DNA of 21,391 nucleotides from IMG/VR virus record IMGVR_UViG_3300033172_000027; one strand, 5' to 3'. Origin of the DNA: a virus. Shown here piece after piece: positions 7,588-14,115 of the stretch (its first letter is position 1; every line of letters begins with the position of its first letter). The notes beneath the pieces were generated by a model, which was not told the DNA's origin, did not search any database, and was given only the letters and a program-made list of their open reading frames with translations. The translations under genes were made by a program, and so were the position numbers.

Positions 7588-7840
7588 GAGCACCCCCACA
7601 GGCGATGAGGTAAAGAGAGCCCTGGAGGCGATCAGAGGCTTTCACGCGCGTGGGATAGAGCCAACGGCGGCGGAGGTGGCGGAGGCCGTGGGGATGGAGT
7701 CCAGGCCCCTGGGGCGGTCGATGGCGGCGGCGGGGATCCAAGCGGTCAACTGTCACCGAGGCGGGAAGAAGGCGCGGCGCTACGTCTTCGAGCTGAGGGA
7801 GAGGATTGAGGAGATGCTAAAGGGTATAGCAGTTGGGTGA
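7274..7840 (+). CDS. DUF6788-like Cys/His domain + repeat-encoded linker + C-terminal winged-HTH protein
   Basis: N-terminal C.KERCKKC....GHGPYW...W...G.TRKKYIGK; central LTKD/LPKT repeats; C-terminal PTAAEVAEAVGMESRPLGRSM HTH-like segment. The DUF6788 name is from memory of that motif. Confidence 0.7.
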   Translation: MKSIKAPEGGVYRQEFYKCNKERCKKCRDGPGHGPYWARFWWEDGRTRKKYIGKNLPLTKDTPEEEPVLTKDKTLPKTLTEDTPPPEPLPKTRKRLTKDKSLPKTSTPTGDEVKRALEAIRGFHARGIEPTAAEVAEAVGMESRPLGRSMAAAGIQAVNCHRGGKKARRYVFELRERIEEMLKGIAVG

Positions 7841-7860
7841 CACTACCACGTGGGCGGCGA

Positions 7861-8469
7861 TCACTTAGCTCCACCAGAAAATACCAAACGGCCCGACTTA
7901 TCTTGACGCAACGACCTATCTATTAAGTCTTGATCAATTTCATAGCGCTCATCGACGGCGGAAAGAAGTTCGTCATGTGTATTGGGCTCGCGTGGACGTT
8001 TTGCCCTATAATAGTATAACTGAACTACTACCCCCGCCTCCTTAGCCGCCTGAACTGCGGGTACAAAATCACTATCGCCCGTGATTATTACAGCCTTTTC
8101 AATCATCCCACGCCAGCTCATCCGAACAAGGTCCACCGCAAACAAAACATCGACTCGTTTTTGAACAAGCTCTCCACCGACCCACCCCAATTTTCCGAGT
8201 CTCGATTCAAATCTAGGGAGACGCTCCACAACATTCATAAATTTTTGTTTGTTTGCGTATCTCCGTTTTTCGTCTTCGGTGGGCGGATCGCTCTGAAAAG
8301 GCATACAATCATAATAATAGGTTCTTAATCTATAGTCCGATCCATTACACAAATTATCACAAAATATCTCAAAGTCGATTTTTGGGCGCCCGAACGGGCC
8401 ATCTAAAACCTTCTCGAAAAAACCACCGTCGATAAAAACCGCTACCTTCCCCAAAAAATTCCCTTCCAT
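7861..8469 (-). CDS. NYN-domain (LabA/DUF88, PIN-like) putative RNase
   Basis: Conserved acidic motifs VFIDGG, TYYYD, QKRVDV..AVD and TGDSDFVPAV..AK..GV.V. Confidence 0.88.
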   Translation of the reverse strand: MEGNFLGKVAVFIDGGFFEKVLDGPFGRPKIDFEIFCDNLCNGSDYRLRTYYYDCMPFQSDPPTEDEKRRYANKQKFMNVVERLPRFESRLGKLGWVGGELVQKRVDVLFAVDLVRMSWRGMIEKAVIITGDSDFVPAVQAAKEAGVVVQLYYYRAKRPREPNTHDELLSAVDERYEIDQDLIDRSLRQDKSGRLVFSGGAK

Positions 8470-8485
8470 ATCTGTGAATATTTCA

Positions 8486-8509
8486 CTACCGTCCCCGAAG
8501 GGACGGTAG
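8486..8509. repeat. Perfect 10-bp hairpin CTACCGTCCC-CGAA-GGGACGGTAG
   Basis: Arms at 8486-8495 and 8500-8509 are exact reverse complements, located in the divergent intergenic region. Confidence 0.85.
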
Positions 8510-8635
8510 GGGCTATAGTGTAGTTACTCACTACTATAGGCAGTGATATAATAATCTGGCGGATGGGGCAGGATTTTTGGAGCATCGAAACACTTTTCGC
8601 CTATTGGGGCAGTCTCTTCCCCAGGAGATCAGGAT

Positions 8636-9226
8636 ATGGGAATTAAGGAAAAGTTACCGTTGCTTAATAGCGAAAAGAAAGCGACAAGAATCGCGGGCTA
8701 TGTGGTGTATGCGTTTGTTGTTTTGATTGTCTTGGGAGCCATTCTTCCGAGCCCGGATACTGGAGGAGAGACGGGGACGACCACGACAGCCGCAACTGCG
8801 GCCACCACAGACGAGAGCGCGGCCACTGGAACGGCTGACAAGGAGAAAGAGATCGATCCAAACCTTGAATGGATGGCCACAACTTACGTATCAATGGGTT
8901 ATATCGTGGAGGACATGCAGGCAGTGAGTACCGCTGCAGAAGATATGGACATTGACGAAGTAGCGTCCAGATGCTCCGACTTAAAGGCCCATGTTCAAGT
9001 AGCAAAGCGCCTTAATAATGAATACGAAGTTAGCTCAGAATTGGCGACTGCTAAATATGAATGGGGCGGGGCTTTGGACGACTACGAAAGGGCGGCTGAA
9101 GAGGGTTATAACGGTGCGAAAAACCTAGACCCGGAAGCCCTTGAAAAAGCATCACTGTATATGACGATGGGAAATAAGCATATCGAAAAGGCAACGGCTG
9201 AGATTGACCGATACAGTAAGGCTTAG
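8636..9226 (+). CDS. Single-pass membrane protein with a Thr/Ala-rich linker and helical extracellular domain
   Basis: Hydrophobic segment IAGYVVYAFVVLIVLGAILP, linker TGTTTTAATAATTDESAATG, acidic helical C-terminal region; AGGA upstream of the ATG. Confidence 0.75.
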   Translation: MGIKEKLPLLNSEKKATRIAGYVVYAFVVLIVLGAILPSPDTGGETGTTTTAATAATTDESAATGTADKEKEIDPNLEWMATTYVSMGYIVEDMQAVSTAAEDMDIDEVASRCSDLKAHVQVAKRLNNEYEVSSELATAKYEWGGALDDYERAAEEGYNGAKNLDPEALEKASLYMTMGNKHIEKATAEIDRYSKA

Positions 9227-9417
9227 ATCCCCACCTTTTCATCTCTTTTTATTCGATCCTATTATTAAATTCTCTAGAAGCGTTTTGAGGGGCTCTTTTT
9301 TCTGGAGGTGCGGGGGAACCATGGCTGATGGGGTTCATTTTGAGGCGATAATACTAAAATTTACCGAAACATTTTTTAATGAAATTTGACAGTAACTTTA
9401 TCCAAGAGGTTGACAAG

Positions 9418-9942
9418 ATGTGGTTTAAACTGATTTTGGCGTTATTGATGCTGGTATCCTCAGCCCTGGCAGACGAGGTAGATGACCAAATAGCTGCCCT
9501 GAAAGATCCAGCCACAGGATGGGAAGAGAGGACCGAAGCCCTTAATGGATTAATCCAAAGTAATGATTCAAGAGCTGTTGAACCCTTGATTGCGTGTCTA
9601 AATGACGAAAATTCAGCAATACGTTTTTCCGCGGCCGCGGGTCTTGGATCATTTGCTGATCCTAGAGCTGTTGATCCGTTGATCGATTCTCTGAAGAACG
9701 ACAAAGATGTCTTAACTCGCAAGGGGGCTGCGTACTCTTTAGGTAAAATTGGCGATCCTAAAGCCCTTTCCGCGTTGAAATATGCGGCCGCTAATGATGA
9801 ATCCCCACAAGTTCGGGGTAGTGCAACTGAAGCTATAGCTGTAATCAATGTCGATAATCCCGAAGAAAGCCCATTAACCTTATCGATAGGAGCTATATCC
9901 CTTATAACAGCTGCTCTCTTAACCAGGTCCAGGAGGAGATAA
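9418..9942 (+). CDS. Exported HEAT-repeat (PBS-lyase-like) protein with C-terminal membrane anchor/sorting-like tail
   Basis: Signal peptide MWFKLILALLMLVSSALA (GAGGT at 9406-9410 favours ATG 9418 over 9379). Repeats RAVEPLIACLND, RAVDPLIDSLKND, ALSALKYAAAND. Tail ESPL-hydrophobic-RSRRR. Confidence 0.8.
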   Translation: MWFKLILALLMLVSSALADEVDDQIAALKDPATGWEERTEALNGLIQSNDSRAVEPLIACLNDENSAIRFSAAAGLGSFADPRAVDPLIDSLKNDKDVLTRKGAAYSLGKIGDPKALSALKYAAANDESPQVRGSATEAIAVINVDNPEESPLTLSIGAISLITAALLTRSRRR

Positions 9943-10271
9943 GAATTAGACCGGAATTACAATACTTTAAACTGTAATTGCCTTCAAACTCCACCACCTT
10001 TTTTATAACAACCGAACCCCGGCTTGTTTACTCGATCGCAAGCCTCCCCACAGAGACTATAGGAATGTTGGCGAGCCGTCGCGTATCATCATGGGGTGAT
10101 GGGTCGAAAAGATCCTTATCCGAGAGGGCCGGCCCGGAGCAGTGGCGACCGATAGCGGTTTTTGAGGCGAGAATTTCGATTAGACTTATCGATCAGTTAT
10201 ACCAAGTAGGCAGATCACATCAGCCCCCCAGGGAGGGAGTACAATTGAGATTATTTTATACGACATACCCG

Positions 10272-10320
10272 TTCTTATGTAACCGATTGACCCTAAATGA
10301 TAGGGCGGGTTACATAAGAA
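10272..10320. repeat. Perfect 13-bp inverted repeat TTCTTATGTAACC/GGTTACATAAGAA with a nested CCCTA/TAGGG hairpin
   Basis: Arms at 10272-10284 and 10308-10320; inner stem at 10291-10295 and 10301-10305. Confidence 0.9.
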
Positions 10321-10410
10321 AATACGGGGGGGGCCAGAGCCCAGTAGGAGGAGTTACTCGAACCTCGCGCGATGGAGATTAATGTAAGGCGAATGATCTT
10401 CACAAGTCTT

Positions 10411-10477
10411 AAGAAACATTGAAGAATCTTCAAAGAAACGTCGAAGAATCGTCACATGGCGAGCTAACCTATAAATA
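10411..10477 (+). promoter_or_regulatory. Two 18-bp direct repeats (AAGAAACRTYGAAGAATC, 22-bp period) upstream of TATA box TATAAATA
   Basis: Repeats at 10411-10428 and 10433-10450; TATA at 10470-10477, ahead of the RHH gene. Confidence 0.6.
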
Positions 10478-10542
10478 GCACCACGCCATTATAATTGGTG
10501 TCGAAATAGACCTGGGGGTGCCACCCCAGGAGGAACCGAAAT

Positions 10543-10728
10543 ATGACAGTCAATCGACCAGGGGATCAGATCCTCACAGTCTACATGCCAAAAGACGAGC
10601 GGGCTATTTTTGCATCCGCCGCCAAAAATTTAGGCGTTCCTGTGTCATCTTTTGGAAGGCTAATTTTGAGAATCGGATACGATCAAGTCCAGCGAGAGCC
10701 TTCGCTCCTAATCGAGGCGATGAAATGA
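10543..10728 (+). CDS. Ribbon-helix-helix (CopG/Arc-like) regulator
   Basis: 61 aa with strand ILTVYMP followed by two helices (KDERAIFASAAKNLG and VSSFGRLILRIG), the typical RHH layout; lies upstream of the replication gene. Confidence 0.7.
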   Translation: MTVNRPGDQILTVYMPKDERAIFASAAKNLGVPVSSFGRLILRIGYDQVQREPSLLIEAMK

Positions 10729-10971
10729 TAAGTAAAAGTTGGGTAGTGGCGGGTGCCATCCGCCACCGTGTCAGACCAGCCGCTTTCCTCCTTTTCGTTG
10801 CACGGCCAACAGGAACCGAAGAAGCCAGCCGAGCAGGTGGTCTATATGAGTTGTTGTAGTTTCCCCGATATAAATGTGTCTATTTTGCCATTTACAGCCA
10901 CCTCATCCAGATCAAGGCAAACGGGGACCGGGTTATCCTTCGCAAACCCTACCTCATCTCCACGAGATCAC

Positions 10972-10993
10972 TTTCACCATGCTCATGGTGAAA
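10972..10993. promoter_or_regulatory. 22-bp palindrome TTTCACCATG-CT-CATGGTGAAA, putative operator of the replication gene
   Basis: 10-2-10 perfect inverted repeat ending 31 bp before ATG 11025. Confidence 0.55.
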
Positions 10994-11024
10994 AAATAAA
11001 AGATATCCGGTCAGAGGGGTGGAG

Positions 11025-14000
11025 ATGAACGCCCCCACAGTCGAAGAACTGACCCGGTTCATCAAGTTCCTCGGCCATGAAAAGTTCTGCATCAAGAGCG
11101 TGAGGACGGGCGAGAAGGGCGCACAAGAGGCGCATTTCGACCTCATCAACGCCAACAAGGCCGTCGATTACATCAAGCTGAGGGACGGGAAGAGGCAACT
11201 GTGGGTGAACGTCCAGAAGTTGAAGAGGGACTCCGAGAAATACCATACCCATCTGGACGTCGAGGCCTACACCAACATTTTTTTGGACATCGACGCCAAA
11301 AAGCCTGATGATAGAAAGGACCACGCCGCGACTGAATTCGAGCGGGGCTTTGCTGTGGCGCAGCTCCCCACAGTCCAGAGATGGTTATCGGAGAAGGGCT
11401 TCAAGAGCGGGCTCGGCTTCAAGTCCGGGAACGGGGCGGGGCTGCTGCTGCCTATCCCCCCCACCGAACCGACGCCGGAGTTCATAGCGAAGGTGGCGGC
11501 CTTCCTGAAGGTGGTCAGAAAGGAGGCCGACGTCGACGTCGACACGGCGACCTTCGATCCTCCAAGAGTCTGTGGGGTCCTAGGGACCTGGAACTCGAAG
11601 TTTGAAGACGAGGAAGAGGGGCGGAAGAACCACCACCGGGAAGCTATCGGCGAGATCCCCACAAGAGATGAGGATGCGAAGCTCCTGAGGTTCATCGAGG
11701 AGCTGACACCAGACCCCGACGCCCTGAAGACCTGGACGGAGAAGTTCAACCAGCCCCCCACAGCCGGGGGGGACGAGGACGCCGAGCCGGAACCGCAGGA
11801 GGACGCCGGGGAGATCGACGTCGACTTTGTGAGGGAGAAGCTCGACACCCTTTTAGAGGCTGATCCGACCCTCCAGAGCCTTCTGGACTGGACCGACGAG
11901 GCGAAGGAACGGCACGACGGGGACCGATCAGACGCCGAGTTTGGGCTTGTGGGGAAGCTCACCGGCGCCGGGTTTACCGATCCAGAAATCAACTGGATCA
12001 TGACCTACATCTCGCGGATCGGGAAGTGGTCCGAGGAGGGAGAACATTATCAGAGGCTTACCCTCCGGAAGATCCGGGCGAAGGATGCCGAGGAGACCGC
12101 CGAGGACGAAGGAGAGGGCGCCGGAGCCACCGACCCGGAACGGCTGAGGTTCAAGGATCTTATGAAGACCGTCACCGACGAGGAGACCGGGAAGAAGAGA
12201 CGGCAAAGAAGCGTAACGGCGGCGGCAACCTCGATCATAAAGAAGTATGATATCATCTCGACCCCCGACGGTCAGATATGGGTCTACGACGCCCAGGAGG
12301 GGATCTGGAAGCCGAACGGTAGGACCCTCGTCGCCGCGGAACTCGATCACGCCGGGAACGACGCAACCAACATCACGTTCACCCGCGAGGTTACGCAAAA
12401 GGTCTTCCTCCGAACCCTGGACGAGACCGACGGCGATATCTTCAATCCGGACCCCGACCTATTCCCTGTCGAGAACGGGATCATAGACCTCAGGAAGGGG
12501 CTCGACGGCTTCATGCCGCACGATCCGAAGTATAAGCGCACCTGGAAGTCTCCGATCGTCTTCGATCCGAAGGCGAAATGCCCTGAGATCGAGAAGTACC
12601 TCGCCTCCAGCCTGGACGAGGCCGGGAGAGAGACTCTCATCGACGTCATGGCGGCGAAGCTGTCCGGTTACGTCTTCAACTACTTCTCACCATGGGTGGG
12701 GACGGGACGGAACGGTAAGCTGATGGCGGCGGAGATAATCAGAGGGATATGGGGAAGCCCTCTCATAACCGAAGTGGAGGTCTATAAGCTCGCGGAGAGG
12801 AGGTTTGATCAGATCGCCCTGAGGGGGAAGAGATGGATCTTCAACTCAGAGACACCCCGAACCGCCACAAAGACCCTATTCGATTGGGCAAAGAAGATCT
12901 CCGGCGGGGACATGATAACCGCCGATCAGAAGAACAAGGAGCACGTCCAGTTTAGGACCGACGCCTATTTCGTTTTTGATTGCAACTCCGCCCCAAGGAT
13001 CGGCGAGTCTACGAGAGCGATCGAGGAGCGGATCGCCCCCATTTTTTGGCCCTATACATTCGTAGACAACCCCGTCGCCCCTGAGGAGAGGAAGGCAGAT
13101 CGCCACCTCCTGGGAAAGATCACCAAGCCGGAGGAGCTTTCGGGATTCCTCAACGTCCTCCTCCTGGAGGCCCCGAGGCTGATCGAGACAAGGATCATCC
13201 GGAGAACTGGGACCGGGAAGGAGATCGTCGAGGCCTACAACCTGAAAGCCGACCATCTCGCCATGTTCTGGGACCGAGTAGTAAGCTATTCTCCTGGGAA
13301 CGTGACACCGTCGACAGTGATGTACAACGGATACAAGCGGCTATGCGAAGCGATCAAAGTCTCACCCGAAACTCTCGTCGGCTTCAATCGATACGGGCAG
13401 AGAATTGGCTTCCGGAAGGGCTCGCCCCGCGTCTCAACCGACGACGGAAGGCAGGTACAGGTGAAGGGGTGGTACGACTGCGAGATCGACGAGAGCGAGT
13501 TAGAGGACCTCATCGGCCCCAAAGACGACGAGAAAACCGATCCGCCCCAAGACGACGATAAGGGAGACGACGAGAAGAAACAGGAACGGGTTACGGATGT
13601 TACCGGCATGTTACCGGTTTTGGAAAACGAAAACCAGCAACATGTTACCGATGTTACCGACATTACCACTTTAGATAACAGTCTAAAGGATATAGAGGAT
13701 ATAGGTAATAGTCCTGTAAATTGTATAAAGGAAGTTGTGGACGAAACCGGTAAAAGCGGTAAAATTGGTAACAAGATAGCGATTCCGACCGGTAACATAG
13801 CGGTAACATGCCCCCCAAAAAACGGTAACATCGCCGGCAAAACTTCACCCCGTCCTGTGGGCGAGAAGGCGAAGGACGACGGGGTCTTCGGGAAGAGTCG
13901 AGCGTACTATCTCCAAGTCGGTGGAGGCCAGATCCCCACCATCCGGCAACTGATGGATGACATCCCCAGCGAGTGGACAGCGGATAAAGCGAAGATGGCT

Positions 14001-14057
14001 ATCCATCTCCTGGAGGAGAAGGGCGATTCGAGGGGGTTCAATATGCCGCCGGATTGA
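11025..14057 (+). CDS. Replication protein: AEP-like primase domain + helical PriCT-like domain + D5_N + SF3 helicase (P4-alpha/D5-like)
   Basis: IFLDID, SGNG, D..TFDPPRV...GTWNSK; DRSDAEFGLVGKL; FPVENGIIDLRKG...HDPKYKRT; Walker A-like GTGRNGK, RGKRWIFNSE, KKISGGDMITADQKNK, FVFDCN. ATG 11025 is preferred over GTG 11019. Confidence 0.85.
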   Translation: MNAPTVEELTRFIKFLGHEKFCIKSVRTGEKGAQEAHFDLINANKAVDYIKLRDGKRQLWVNVQKLKRDSEKYHTHLDVEAYTNIFLDIDAKKPDDRKDHAATEFERGFAVAQLPTVQRWLSEKGFKSGLGFKSGNGAGLLLPIPPTEPTPEFIAKVAAFLKVVRKEADVDVDTATFDPPRVCGVLGTWNSKFEDEEEGRKNHHREAIGEIPTRDEDAKLLRFIEELTPDPDALKTWTEKFNQPPTAGGDEDAEPEPQEDAGEIDVDFVREKLDTLLEADPTLQSLLDWTDEAKERHDGDRSDAEFGLVGKLTGAGFTDPEINWIMTYISRIGKWSEEGEHYQRLTLRKIRAKDAEETAEDEGEGAGATDPERLRFKDLMKTVTDEETGKKRRQRSVTAAATSIIKKYDIISTPDGQIWVYDAQEGIWKPNGRTLVAAELDHAGNDATNITFTREVTQKVFLRTLDETDGDIFNPDPDLFPVENGIIDLRKGLDGFMPHDPKYKRTWKSPIVFDPKAKCPEIEKYLASSLDEAGRETLIDVMAAKLSGYVFNYFSPWVGTGRNGKLMAAEIIRGIWGSPLITEVEVYKLAERRFDQIALRGKRWIFNSETPRTATKTLFDWAKKISGGDMITADQKNKEHVQFRTDAYFVFDCNSAPRIGESTRAIEERIAPIFWPYTFVDNPVAPEERKADRHLLGKITKPEELSGFLNVLLLEAPRLIETRIIRRTGTGKEIVEAYNLKADHLAMFWDRVVSYSPGNVTPSTVMYNGYKRLCEAIKVSPETLVGFNRYGQRIGFRKGSPRVSTDDGRQVQVKGWYDCEIDESELEDLIGPKDDEKTDPPQDDDKGDDEKKQERVTDVTGMLPVLENENQQHVTDVTDITTLDNSLKDIEDIGNSPVNCIKEVVDETGKSGKIGNKIAIPTGNIAVTCPPKNGNIAGKTSPRPVGEKAKDDGVFGKSRAYYLQVGGGQIPTIRQLMDDIPSEWTADKAKMAIHLLEEKGDSRGFNMPPD
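13589..13843. other. Putative replication origin inside the rep gene: converging iterons around an AT-rich core
   Basis: ATGTTACCG at 13597, 13608, 13642, 13651; its reverse complement CGGTAACAT at 13790, 13801, 13823; degenerate copies at 13748, 13757, 13766; AT-rich centre at about 13661-13747. Confidence 0.7.
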
Positions 14058-14112
14058 GTACAAAGAGGACAATCTACAAAACCCTTTTATATAATGATTG
14101 TCCTTATTGTAC
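14058..14112 (+). promoter_or_regulatory. Unit B terS promoter inside a 17-bp imperfect inverted repeat
   Basis: GTACAAAGAGGACAATC (14058-14074) and GATTGTCCTTATTGTAC (14096-14112) match at 15/17 as reverse complements. The TATA box lies in the 21-bp spacer, and the repeat begins right after the rep stop codon. Confidence 0.75.
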
Positions 14113-14115
14113 ACA

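Larger units (their letters stand above)
1..14065. mobile_element. Repeat period A of a tandem, tail-less virus-like/satellite element (true ends unknown; may be circularly permuted relative to this interval)
   Basis: Positions 1-38 recur identically at 14066-14103, and the whole terS-terL-portal-scaffold-capsid-completion block recurs in the same order. The period contains packaging, head, replication and cargo genes. Confidence 0.9.

Noticed and set aside
9978-10382. 134-aa plus-strand ORF
   Set aside because: TTG start without a ribosome-binding site, no recognisable composition or motif, and it overlaps a long inverted repeat.
10756-10765. CCATCCGCCA matching the reverse complement of 8557-8566
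   Set aside because: 10-bp matches are expected by chance in 14 kb, and the flanks do not extend.
10725-10859. 44-codon ORF coupled to the RHH stop (ATGA overlap)
   Set aside because: The overlap is suggestive, but the peptide is featureless and no second copy is available in the window for comparison.
1-14065. Gene transfer agent
   Set aside because: It carries its own replication gene, origin-like array and cargo, which fits a selfish replicon better. Random host-DNA packaging cannot be judged from sequence, so the call is unsupported rather than excluded.
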